Source of the DNA: Octopus vulgaris
Lineage: Eukaryota
Assembly (NCBI GenBank): GCA_951406725.2
Contig: OX597829.1
Location: forward strand, 10,292,001-10,356,000
Reading direction: 5' to 3'
DNA length: 64,000 nucleotides
The translations under genes were made by a program, and so were the position numbers. Below are positions 41,130 to 55,567 of this stretch, in pieces. Each line of letters begins with the position of its first letter. Within the stretch, counting starts at the first letter, position 1. A model generated the notes under the pieces. The model saw nothing but the letters and a program-made list of their open reading frames with translations. It was not told the origin of the DNA and searched no databases.

Positions 41130-42600
41130 CTTATGCAAATGCTATGAACGAAAGCCTACGGGATAAGACGTCTCAAAAAGAAAAGATCTGTTTCTTCCAC
41201 GAAAACATGGTAGTTGAATGAAACAGAGACATTTATTAAAGAAAAAAAGCATAATACACTGGATGACACGCCAACAACAACAGAAGTTCAACAATACTGA
41301 CTGGGGTGGGGAGTAATATGTAATAACAGTTTTCGGTGTGATCAAAAGAGACAATTTATCAGAAAAGAGAAAAGGATTAAAACATACAACAGCGTTGGTA
41401 AACATCGCCTACCATAACTAGCAAGGTATTCACTGACACATTAAAAGTTACTTACAGCTGGAGAGCCCTTTGGATTGACAAAGTCCCAAATTTCTGGCTT
41501 AAACACCAAACCAGTATTTGTGAAATTGTAGCAGCGGCAATCAATGAACTAGAAAGCACACCGGAGTCAACAACTCGGTGATTTCTGTGGAAGAGGACAA
41601 TATTGATTTCCTAAGACAAAAATACGGGAGACTCAAAAACCTACAGACCCATGTTATTTCCCAACAACCTACAAAACCATTACATCTATATTCTATAATA
41701 AATATACATCTCACCTGGAAAGCAATAACCTATTAAACGAGCAGAAAGGTTTCCAGCAAAGGATATATGACTGAAAAGCACAGCTTTGGTGGTGAAACGA
41801 GCAGTTATTGAATACGGCAAGAAGAATAAAAGTAAATAAATAGATAAATAAACAAACAGAAATGTGTATGAAATACATTGATTATCGAAAACTGTTTCGT
41901 AGCATCTTGGCTACTGGATATGCTACACATAAATATAGCTGCTCCGATACTAACAATGTTTATCAGCCATGTCAAAGTAGAAAGCAATCTTATAGCAACA
42001 ACATAAGAGAAAATAATTAAAACCAGCCTTGCACCCTACGAGAAGAAACTTCCAGGAAGGCTATACTTATCCGCTGTACTTTTCTGTCTAGCTTTGACTT
42101 CATCGACAAATCTGTTGAATGAAACAACCAATATAGATTCTACTGGCTAACAATAAACCATTTCTTTTATCAGGGTTCAATTAAAAATATTTATATGGGA
42201 CAACCTTATAAACAACTATAAACCTGCTAACAATTTTAGAAACCTACTAACAGTTGAAGTAGCAATTTAACTAAAACGGTTAGTATTTAATTAAATTCAG
42301 GTGTGAAAAGCAGAAAATCAGGTGAGAACTAACCATATAATTGCTTGAGAGTAGATGAACCTCATAAAATTCAGCTAAAGGGGGGAAAATTAGAAAAGAG
42401 TACTTCAGAAGTTTCATTCTAAGAGCAGGTAATCCACCCAGTGATAGGCATAAGATAATAGGCATAAATTTTCTAACGATCCTGGTTATGGTTATGCAGT
42501 TTATGACTTCAATATAATATATTGGAAGTTAAATGATCTGAAGAGCTGAGACAATATGACTAGAAAACTACGAACAGCACTTCTTTGCAGCCGACCTAAA
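41130..42600 (+). mobile_element. Heavily decayed R4/Dong-like RT fragment
   Basis: Remnants DKVPNFWLKH, NYRP..PTTYK, EQKG and EQLLN. Confidence 0.5.
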
Positions 42601-42609
42601 TGCAAGTAG

Positions 42610-42858
42610 ATAAAGTAAAGTTCTTTCCCGAGTCATGTAGACACAGGGCCGGTTTCCCGGCTTCCATGGCGTACATATTCACCGCCTGGAAAGGACAGCG
42701 GTCTGTCGCAGGTACTACTCATTTTTGCTAGCTGAACGGACCGGAACAACGTGAAATAAAGTGTTTTGTTCAAGAACACAACACATCAACCAGACCAAGA
42801 ATCGAAACCATAATCTTACAATCATGATTCCTAAACTTTAACTACAAAGTAATGCGCT
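42610..42858 (-). mobile_element. SINE family B copy
   Basis: Similar to 14003-14281 (gctgaacggaccggaacaacgtgaaataaagtg..caagaacacaac). Confidence 0.6.
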
Positions 42859-44646
42859 TCTACTTCAAACATATTAGAGACTGTGTATTCAGTCCCGTGT
42901 TTAAAGAACAACGATATGAGAATGTGAAACGTTGAATGGTGAGGAAAGAAGGTAAAACTGGACAGTTAGAGAGACTGACATTCTGAATCGTAGTCAGGTG
43001 AAGAGACGGTGAAGTGGAACGGAGAGGTGTACTGAAAAATGATGAAGAAAGAGTGAAAGGAATGAAAGATGGAAAGACAAAAAGAAAAAAAAAGAAAGAA
43101 AGAAGGGAAGGCGAAAAGAAAGAGAGTGAGTTAGAGAGAGTTGAAATGAAAGAGGGAAAGAGGGAGAGGGAGAGGAATGAAATAAAAATTGATAGAGTAA
43201 TATGTATGATAAGATATACAATGAGAAAGACTAATGTAAAAAACAAGAAAAAAAGAAAGAAGAAAAACAAAAAGAAATAAAGAAGGAATGAAGGAAAGAA
43301 AAGGAACGAACGTATGAATGAAAGGAAGGAAATGCGTGAAAGAAAGAAAGAAAGAAAGAACGAGAGTGTCATGGAAGAGAAAATAATACATAAAGGCACA
43401 CGAACCGATACATACAAGGCAAACACACTCACGTACACGTGCAAACGCATTGAGAAACTCCTACACAGCCATACATACAAGCACTTTACATACACATGCG
43501 CACGCAGGCAGGCGCATACACACACCCAAACACACATAAACACACACATAAACAGACTATATGCACACGGTCATATATTGTTATGGTCAAGTTGTCATAT
43601 TGTCCGAGGTTGGTTGCTATGACTTAGGATATCAGACGTGAAATCTTCACTGTAAAAAAAAAAAGAAATGAAAGGAAAAAAAAAAAACAAGAAAAGTACC
43701 GTTTGGGTAAATGTTCGATCGCACACAATATCACTGATTAAAAACACAAGTCACTTATGATTAATACAACAAATTAAGCCAATAATAACCTCACAATTAG
43801 TTGCAATTCGTTTATTCGTTGGGAAATTTTTTTCCTGATTTTCTTTCTTTATTTATCTCTCTATATATATCCTTTATGTATTATGTTATTTATCATATAT
43901 TTCTTTATTTCATTTACATTATATATTTTGTATTTTATTCTAATGGTATATCAATAGATGTGCAGGATATCCTGCGTGTGAAATTTATGCATTTAAAGTA
44001 TTGTTTTCCTGTGTATGTGTATATATATTATATATATATATATATAAATATATATATGTATATATATATATATATATATGCATATATATATACATATATA
44101 CATACATATATATATATATATACATATAAACATACATATATGTATATATATGTATATGTATATGTATATATATATGTATATACATCACATACATGTACAA
44201 AAATGTATATATATATATGTGTGTGCGTATATGCGCATATATATATATATTTATATATATATTGTTATATTCCTGTGTGTAAGTGTGTGTGAATGGCTAT
44301 GTCCGGCTGCCTGTCCATAACTTTGCACCTGTGACAGACAGCATTATGTGCGTGCGAATATATGCTCTGAGTATGCATGTATATATGTATATGTGTATAC
44401 GAGTGTGTGAGTATTCATGCATGCATCGTGCACATTTCGCTGTTTGAAAAGCACAGTAAGTTGTGTTTCACTGCGTGTATCTGAAGTATTTCGAATGAGT
44501 ATGCGTGTGTTGCTTCTTTTCCGAATTACATATACTAAAAAAAATAACTTGCATGAAGATGGGTGTGTGTGTATGTGTGAAGATAGATATATAGATAGAG
44601 CGATCGATTGATAGATAGGCAGACAAGCAAACAAGCAGACAGACAC

Positions 44647-44684
<38 letters not shown>

Positions 44685-44685
44685 G

Positions 44686-44719
<34 letters not shown>

Positions 44720-45154
44720 TAGATAGATAAATAGATAGATAGAGAGAGAGAGAAATAAATAGATAGAAGGACAAACACAATGACACATAGAAGGACAGAT
44801 AGATAGATGACCGTATGAGTATATAATACATATTGACGCCTATAAACCTAAATCTACCCGTAAACTTCCAACTATTCAATCACCAATTTACTGATACATG
44901 TATGTGTAAATATGTTTTTGTTTGTGTGTGTGTGTGAGAAAGAGAGAGAGAGAGAGAGTGAGAGAGAGAGAGTACGTTTCCCTCTTCCTCATGTCGATAG
45001 TGACATACAGACAGACAATCAGTCTAGGAAAAATATATGGACTAAAAAAATTTATATAAACTTTTACTCTTTGTTATTTGTTATTTATTTATTTTATATG
45101 GTCTTTCTCTTTTTTCCCCACCTCAGTTCAGCTTCATTGCACACGCACAAACAA

Positions 45155-45196
<42 letters not shown>

Positions 45197-46059
45197 TGGT
45201 GTGCACAAGCACAGTTCCACATAATCTTTATCACAATCTCTTGAACACTGTGACACATATATATACACACATACATACACCCACCTACACTCAATCTCAC
45301 ACACACACACACAGAGGAAAATCATCTTTAAACATTATATACAGAGAAGTGGTGATAAAGAAGTAAAGAGAGAGAGAGAGAGAGAGAAAGTGAGAGAGAG
45401 AAAAGGCGAGAGAGAGAAGGCGAGAGAGAGAGAAGGTGAGAGAGAGAAGGCAAGAGAGAGGGAGAGTGACAGAGAACGAAACAAGGAAAGAGAGAGAAGA
45501 GAAATGAGGAAATAGAGAGAGAGAGTTTATGTGGTTGTGTTTGAGAGAGAGAGAGAGAGAGAGATGGAGAGAACGAAAGAGAGAGAGTGTGTGTATGTGA
45601 GTGTGTGTCTGTGTGTATGTGTATGAGAGAGAGGGAGAGAGAAAGTTAGAGCAAGTGAAAGCTAAAGAAGAAGAAGAAGAAGAAGAAGAAGAAGAAGAAG
45701 AAGAAGAAGAAGAAGGCCAGGAATGTCATGATTTTGGAGGAGAAGTAAGAGAATGCATAAGAAGATGACGATGAAGATGAGGATTAAAAACTGGAAGAGA
45801 AGTACACAAAAATAAAGTAAAAAGAAATAAATGACAAAAACAAAAAAGGAAAAAGGAAACGAAAGCCAATTATTTGTATGAAATGTAGACTATGGCCGTC
45901 AGCAGTGCTCGAACAACGTTCGATGTGGTTCGACAGTCTTTCAGGAAGGTGGCAATTCTCACTTTGGGAACGAAAGAGAAAGACAAAAAATAGATAAATA
46001 AAAATAAAATAAAAATAATAGGTGATGATAATGATGATAATAATAAGTAAATAAACTGA

Positions 46060-47008
<949 letters not shown>

Positions 47009-47229
47009 AACTAGGGAAAAGGGAAAAAGAAGAAAAAATTAGACAAATATAGAAAATGAGAGAAGTGAGCAGAAGCAAGATTAATGGCAGAGCATCGTGT
47101 TACGGACACGCTGAGACAAACATACATACAATCAACAGAATGACTAGAGTCCAATGTTTCATACGCATTATCTACATAAAAGGGATCCTATACAGATTAA
47201 TTAGCTGACAGATACACAGAATCTCTCTC

Positions 47230-47276
<47 letters not shown>

Positions 47277-47705
47277 CCCCTCTCTCTCTCTGTAACCCTC
47301 TCACTCTTTAGCACCCTATATATATATGTGTGTGTGTACTTGTGTCTATATATATGTATATGTATGTATGTATATATATTTATATATATACATAAAGATA
47401 CATACATATATATATCATACACATATTCATAGATATATGCATACACTTGTGCATAAAAACGCCTACATACACATGTAGTTATACATATATAGCATATATA
47501 ATGATAACCACATCCTCACATATACAGACATACACGCACGCACATATACACACATTTATGTGCGTATATTAGTGTGTTTATGTGTGTGTGTATGTGTGGG
47601 TGCAGGTCTGTGTACACACTTGCATCACCGAAAGAAACGCACACATATGAATATAGATATGTTTATAATAAATGCACACAACACACACACATACGTGTGC
47701 TTTTG

Positions 47706-47739
<34 letters not shown>

Positions 47740-48135
47740 GAGACACACGTACACTTATATACTGGAGTCTTAAGCGAATACATAGTGGATATAAATGCAT
47801 ACATACCCCCCATACACACACATTCCCACACGGAAACACACACTGTCACGTATATCCACCTGTCCAATCAGTTAAATACGCAGTTATCAATACATTCTCA
47901 CATACAGAGATAAGCAGGCGTGGAAGCACGTACAATTGTACACATAGACTTGCAAACATAGACTGATACACGCGCGTACACAACACACACATGTGCATAC
48001 ACATACACATACACACACATACATACATACACCCACACATACATGGACGTCGTCGTTGTTGTCTCATCATTGACATACACAAAACAAATTAATTGACAAT
48101 CACGAAATATCAATCCATGCATTGACACACATACC

Positions 48136-48169
<34 letters not shown>

Positions 48170-48177
48170 AACATTAT

Positions 48178-48460
48178 CTCCGGCTGGCCGTAACCCTGCC
48201 AGGCCGTGCCCCTACCCTCGCGCGCCTCACGCGCCAAACCACCAATCCCTGCCCCTTATAAACATCCTTTTTAACGTCTGTCAGTATAAACATCGATCGC
48301 AAAGAAATAATGGCATACGCTTCCCAGTACTTTTTTTTCTTCTTCTCTCTCCCACATTCGCTCTTCCCGTCTCCACTTCGTAATGTCTCACTTATATCAG
48401 CTAATTGACGCCCGACGGGACGTGGTGTGGTGGGTGAATCAGGGAGGACAACAGAATGGT
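48178..48460. promoter_or_regulatory. GC-rich promoter/enhancer-like island
   Basis: E2F-like GCGCCAAA 48231-48238, CCAAT 48242-48246, TATAAACA at 48257 and 48285; CpG-rich within microsatellite background. Confidence 0.4.
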
Positions 48461-49233
48461 TCTTTTTTTATTTATTTGTTTTGTTTATTAATTTATGTAT
48501 TTATTACTGCTCCTCCATCTTTATTTCTCTGCTTTCCATATTTCTGTCTTTCTATACATCCATCCATCCATCCATCCATCCATCTATACATCCATCAATG
48601 CATACATAGATACATACATAAACACACATACATACAAACACTCATACATACATACATACATACATGCATACATACATTTATATATATGCATATATATATA
48701 TATACATATATATATATATGTATATATATGTGTGTGTTCTTTTAGGATTTTGTTTATCTCTTTTTCTCTCCTCATCTCCAGCCATCCGTACATGTATGTT
48801 TGTGTCAGTGTGTGTGTAAGTGTGTCAGTCTGTATGTGTGTGTATGAGTGTGTAAGTGTGTGTGTATGTCTGTGTGTAAGTGCATGTGAGAATGTACGTG
48901 CGTGTATAAGAGAGTGTGTATATGTGTGTGTATGTGTATGTATACACGTATCGTTGCATGTATGTTCGCATATATTTTGTATTTCTATCGTAGATAAACA
49001 CAATCTGTCTTTTCTCTCTTCCCACTCCCTTTTTCTCCCTTCTATATCTCTCTCCACCTTCTCTCTCTCTCTCTGTCTCTTTCTCTCTCTTTCAAATCAC
49101 ACATGCACACACTTACCCTCATTCAACCGCACACCGTCTCTCTGTCACTATTTGTCTTTCCAATTGCGCGTCCTTTCGTATATCTCGTCCATTTTCTCAC
49201 TTTATTTACCTATCTGTTCCTCTCTCTCTCTCT

Positions 49234-49284
<51 letters not shown>

Positions 49285-49464
49285 CATATATATACAGGAT
49301 ATATATATATATATATATATATATCATATATAAGTAAATACATATATATGTATGCACAGATTTATATACACATATAAGTGTATATGTATACGCACATATT
49401 GGTTCTTGCTTCTCTCTCCTTCTCTCAAACCCTCTCCCCTCCGACAACTCATCCTCTACCCTGA

Positions 49465-49626
49465 TCGTCATATGTCAGTTATATTTGCAAATTGACTCTC
49501 CAAGAGAGCGGTTTCATAAAATGTCTCATCTTCTCTATCTTATGTACAAACTGCCAAGCCGAAGCTTTGAGGGAGTGCTGGTGGCTAGTGTGTGTTGCTA
49601 GGTAACAAGGGGCGTGGCATGGCAAT
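49465..49626. promoter_or_regulatory. Candidate enhancer with RFX X-box and Sp/KLF GC box
   Basis: GTTGCTAGGTAAC 49594-49606, GGGGCGTGGC 49609-49618, CATATG/TGTCA 49469-49477, ATTTGCAAAT 49483-49492. Confidence 0.45.
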
Positions 49627-49879
49627 CGTCCGTATGCTTGTGTTTGTCCATAATGTGTGTGAGTGTGTGTTTATGTTTGTATGTATATATATATTGGCTT
49701 GCATGATTGTATGTATACGTTTACGTGTAACAGTTTTGGCATGAACGTTTATATCTCAGTTCCTTGCATGTATGTGTTTGCATGGTTTTTGCATCTATCT
49801 ACGTGTTTCTATGCGTATATGTATGCATGTGTGCCTATATGTATTATGTGTGTATGTGTGTGTGCGTGTTTGTATGTAC

Positions 49880-49954
<75 letters not shown>

Positions 49955-50945
49955 GTATATATATATATATATATATGTATGTATATATAAATATATATGC
50001 ACATATGTGTGTGTGTAGGTATATATATATATGTGTGTGTATATACACATGTAGATATATGTGTCTTTGTGTGTGTGTGCGTGTATATGTGTATATACAT
50101 GCATGTATGTATGTATATATGTATGCATGTATGTATCTGTGTATTTATGTACATCACTCTATGTACGCGTACAAGTATACACATATATGAGTGTGTATCT
50201 GTGTGTACAAGTGTGTATGTGCGTGTGTGTACGCGTATGTCTGAGTATAAATATGTGTTCAGATGTGTGCGTGTAAATGTGACTTTATTTAGAAATGTTT
50301 CTGTGTAAGTGAACATTTGATTTTCTTACATTAATTTACATGTTTATTTATGAATATATATCAATACTTATATAATTGTGTGTGTGTGTAAATGCTTGTG
50401 TATACTGAGGAGCATATAGTATAAAATAGTGTGTGAAAGTTCTTATTTACATCAGGAATGTTTACAGTTAATAACAGATAATCTATACATGTTTGTGAGT
50501 TTGTGTATTTAGTTTCCTCTGTTTGGGTATAAAAGTGTCAATTTTTCGGTGCTGCTCTCCGTTCTGTGCAGTTATATGTTCAACGCCATCTACCGGCTGG
50601 TCATATGAATACTGTCACTATTACACCGCCTGATGAACGATACAGTTCTTGAAACAGAACGTTCTATGGTGGGACAGTGGCCACGTTGACCAATGGCGGA
50701 TATTGCCTTTACATGTAGCAGAAGAAACCTTTCTCGTCTATTTGTCACCCACTATAGTCATTTCTGGTATCTTCCAATAATTCGCAATATATGTATCAAT
50801 ATTTATTGAACTATTATTCTGAAAAGTACTTTGCTAACAATAATTATGACGTACATCGTGGAGTACGTATATGACTTATTAACCATCTTCCGTGAATATG
50901 TGTGTGCGTGTTTACATGAATATATGTGTGCGCACATCTCACTCT

Positions 50946-50984
<39 letters not shown>

Positions 50985-51164
50985 ATATATACACATATAT
51001 GTATGTAAGACTAGATGCATGCATTTATACGTGCATGTCTGGTAATTTTTATGCTTGTGTGAGTGTCTATATGTGTATGTGCAACTCAATTATATTCTAT
51101 GAAGAAGGTGACAAACGATTGTTTAATTGCATAAAGGGTAGCCGTGCCTAAATATTTTACAATA

Positions 51165-51553
51165 CGCAGGAGTAACTGTGTGGTGAGTACCTTGCCTCCC
51201 AACCACATGGTTCTGGGTTCAGTCCCACTGCGTGGCACCTTAGGCAAGTGTCTTCTGCTATAGCATCGAGCCGACCAAAGTCTTGTGAGTGGATTTGGTA
51301 GACGGAAACTGAAAGAAGCCCGTCATATATGTATATGCGTGTTTGTGTGTCTCTGTTTGCCCCCCCCCCCCCTCCAACATCGCTTGACAACCGATGCTGG
51401 TGTATTTAGGCCCCGTAACTTAGTGGTTTGGCAAAAGAGACCGATAGAATAAGTACTAGGCTTACAAATAATAAGTCCTGGAGTCGATTTGCTCGACTAA
51501 AGGTGGTACTCCAGCATGGCCGCAGTCAAATGACTGAAAACAAGTAAAAGAGT
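51165..51553 (+). mobile_element. Full-length SINE family A
   Basis: Near-complete match to 17534-17937; B-box ggttcagtccc. Confidence 0.88.
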
Positions 51554-51655
51554 ACGCTTGAAAAAAAGGAAGTCTCGTATTCCAAAGCCACTCTGCATTA
51601 ACAAACAACAAAAACACACTGACTATATATGGCGGTGCCTTGTGAAAGCTACATA

Positions 51656-51901
51656 GGCGCAGGAGTGGTTGTGTGGTAAGTAGATTGCTCATAAACAACA
51701 TGGTCCTGGGTTCAGTCCAACTGCGTGGCACCTTGGGCTAGTGTCTTCTACTATAGCCACGGGCCGATCAAAGCCTTGCGAGTAGATTACAAAGGCTTAC
51801 AAAGAATAAGTCCTGGGGTCGATTTGCTCGACTAAAGCCGGTGCTCCAGCATGGCCACAGTCAAATGACTGAAACAAGTAAAAGAGTAAAAAGAGTAAAG
51901 A
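51656..51901 (+). mobile_element. SINE family A copy with internal deletion
   Basis: Head and tail present; middle missing after gagtagatt. Confidence 0.8.
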
Positions 51902-52922
51902 GGGTGAGCATATAATAGGTAGGGCTAAAATCCGAGAGTCTGTAGTTCTATGTCAGGCATGAGGACGACAATGTTTGGCTCTTACAGCGCATGTAGTTAC
52001 TCTTTGCTTTCTAAGTAAATCTACTACGTCCTACTTGCATTAGTTCAGTATGAACTTGAAGTCGGAATGCCAACAGCTACAAGAAATACCGCAAGCCAAC
52101 GCATCAGGCTAACAATATCACCGACCCACAGTCACAGACTGGTACATTATTTATCGCCACTGGAAGGTAGCAAGAACTGAACTCAGAACGTAAGGCAGCA
52201 GAATAAACACAGCAATACATTTTGTCTGGCTCTTTGATGCTTCTGTCAATTCGGCACCAGCGTTTTCTATAGTTTTGTTTCTCTATATATATGTGCGTGT
52301 TTATTTGTATGCCTATGTGTGTGTATGAATACGAATACGAATGCATGTACATGTGTTTTTCTATGTATGTATTCGTGTCTCTGTGAATGTGTTCTTCTAT
52401 GCATTCGTGTTAAAGTGCTTTCTGTACGTATGTGTTCAATAAATGCATATGTATGTGTGTTTGCGTGTATTTATGTGAATTTGAGAATCTATGTTGGAGT
52501 TTATGTGCGTGCAATCGTGAATAAACGTGTATATGCATGTATGTGGATGTGATGTGCGTGCATGTGCACATACGTGTGTGAGTGTGAGTGTGTGTCTGTG
52601 TGTGTGCGCGTGTGTATGATTGAATATATTTGGTGAAATTATGGCCTGTTCTGAGTGTCTGTGCGTAACATATGCTGTCAATGAGCGTTTTCTGATCATA
52701 GACAGCATATCAATATGGTAAACGTTGTCTTTTATCTTATCTACTTTTTTAATACTCCGTGCATAAGTAGTTTTCCATTTATTTATTATTATTATTTTTG
52801 TTTTTGTGGAGTATTTTTGCCATTCTTCATCCACACACACCAGGATTATACGCATACATATATATGTACGTACATACATGCGTGTATATATGTATGTGTG
52901 CATTTATATATGTCTATATATT

Positions 52923-52968
<46 letters not shown>

Positions 52969-52978
52969 TATATATATG

Positions 52979-53040
<62 letters not shown>

Positions 53041-54336
53041 TATAGACATATATATACACACACCATACATAACTATACACACACATACACATATATGTGT
53101 GTGTGTGTTTGTGTATGTATGGTGACCATAAACTCTGGATCCACTAGTATCACTACTTGTTATTTTCTTCCGCAGATTGTGTATTAGTTTGTCCGTTTTG
53201 CCTACGTATACAAACTTTACGATATTTGAAACGTGAAATAAATAGTTTTATTAAACATGCATTTTAGCCTCGCTATGAATAAAAAGTGATCGATGTGTTT
53301 ATTTTCTGGTTTTGTTACAACTTTCATTGGAGAATGTTTATCCAACTTCTACCCACAGGCAGATTAGTAGCTTATAGATAGACAGTCTAAGTTGCATAAC
53401 AGCACTTGTGTTAACAACATGATTTAATGCATTCATTTACTCGTTTGCTACACAGCTTCTCTTGGATAATTTGAAGTATAGGGTATTCACTCTTAGTTAG
53501 CCTACTGTGAAACAAAGTAGCTACATCGTATTTTTGACACATCCATATTTGCAGAACATCTGCGCGCGCGCGCAAGTGTGTGTGTGTGTGCACGCGTATG
53601 TCTGAGTGTTTTGTTTATCTTTTGTGCTATTTTTCTCTCTCGAACACTTAAACATTTTATGAAATGGCGGACTTCTTCAACAAATATAGGCCGTTATGCA
53701 ACTGTATAATTAAGATTAGAAGTTTTCTGAGCAAGGAAAAAAAAAGATGTCTTTAACTTATCTCTTTTGAGTAAATTGTTCACATTAAATAAAACAACGG
53801 GACTACAACAACGTATTTCTGTCCCAGATAACTATGTTTGGTCTAACGTGTTTCTATTCGGGTGAAATTTTGATTGGAATGATCCATCAAATTGTTGTAT
53901 TGTTGTATATTCTATTTGTGAAAACTTTATGTGAGCATCGTTCGAAGATGATGCCTAAATGGTAACTTAGTTCATCTGTTGATTTTATCTGTTATGACTT
54001 GCATAAATCTAGTGATATATACGATATCTCTTTCGCATGTGTGGAGTTTTAACGTATCATATTTTCCATATTAATAAATAGCTTTCGGAAACAATTTATA
54101 GACCTAAGTCGACAACCACAAACTCTAACGTGTTGGATGTAACTGTTAATAGTCCAATAGGAAATGAGCACCAGGTCGAAGTTCTAATCAATTTACTTTT
54201 TACATAATCACAGCAAAGCGTTTTGGTTTTTTTGTTTGTTTGTATTTGTTTGTTGTAGTACGTGGTTGTTGCTTGGCGTGTTGTGTTTATTTTACCGATT
54301 ATTATTTCTATATCCAAAAGCTCGGCCAGAAGGTTA

Positions 54337-54712
54337 GGCGGCAGTGTGATAAGAAGCTTGCTTCCCAGGCAGATGGTCCCGGAGTCAGTCCCACTGCGTG
54401 ACACCTTGGGCAAATGTTTTCTGCTATAGCCTCGGGCCGACCAACTCCTTTTGAGTAGATTTGGTAGACGGAAACTGAGAGAAGTTCGTTGTGTACGTGT
54501 CAGTGTGTATGTAAGTGTGTGTGTGTGTCTTTGTGTCGGTGTTTGTACCCACCCTCTCCACTGCTTGATAACCGGTATTGATGTGTTTACATCCCTGTAA
54601 CTTAACAGTTCGGCTAAAAGGCTAGGATCAAAAAGAATAAATACTGGGGGCGATTCATTTGACTAAAGTCCTTCAGCATGGCCGCAGGCTGATGACTGAA
54701 ATAAGTAAAAGA
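54337..54712 (+). mobile_element. SINE family A
   Basis: Matches the other copies throughout. Confidence 0.82.
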
Positions 54713-54724
54713 TAAAACGTATAC

Positions 54725-54824
<100 letters not shown>

Positions 54825-55567
54825 AAGTATACATGTTTGTACATATGTATACATGCATGCAGTTATGTACGTATGTATGTATTTAATAAAATCTGAATTT
54901 ACAAGAAGATACAAGTAGATTCAGTTTATTGGATGCAATATGAGAAGAAAAGCGTTACTCTCTGAGTGACAACCGGAAAACCGACTGGAGGGAAACCCAA
55001 TGAAGACTATGAGACCAGATTCTCCGAACCCTTACTAGTTTGTGTCAGTACTGCCGCCCCAGCAACATGTTGATTGCCAATGCCTGCAAGCATGGCACCC
55101 GAACAACGTGTATGTATTTATGTAACCATGTAAGAAGTCATGCTCCTTTAATCTTTTATTTAGGAAACAAAGCACAATCACTGGATGTATTTAGATAGCA
55201 TTAACTGTGTAGGAACATATAGAAATTTTGAAGTTATGCATATATATATATATATACATATTTTTTTTTTTACTAGATTGCGAACAACTAGATTGACAAC
55301 TAGATGTCAGGTTTTCTAGTAACTTACTTTGTCTGAAATCTCGATTTTTCGCCGAACCGCTACGTTACGGGAACGTAGACACAACACCATCGGTTGTCAA
55401 CCGATGTTGGGATAACAAACATATATATATATATACATAAATATATATATACATAAATACATACATACATACATACATACATACATACATACATACATAC
55501 ATACATACATACATACATACATACATACATAATACATATATACATGTATATATATGTATATATACAT

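Noticed and set aside
54950-55060. Possible decayed ribozyme-bearing repeat
   Set aside because: Core motifs too degraded to support.
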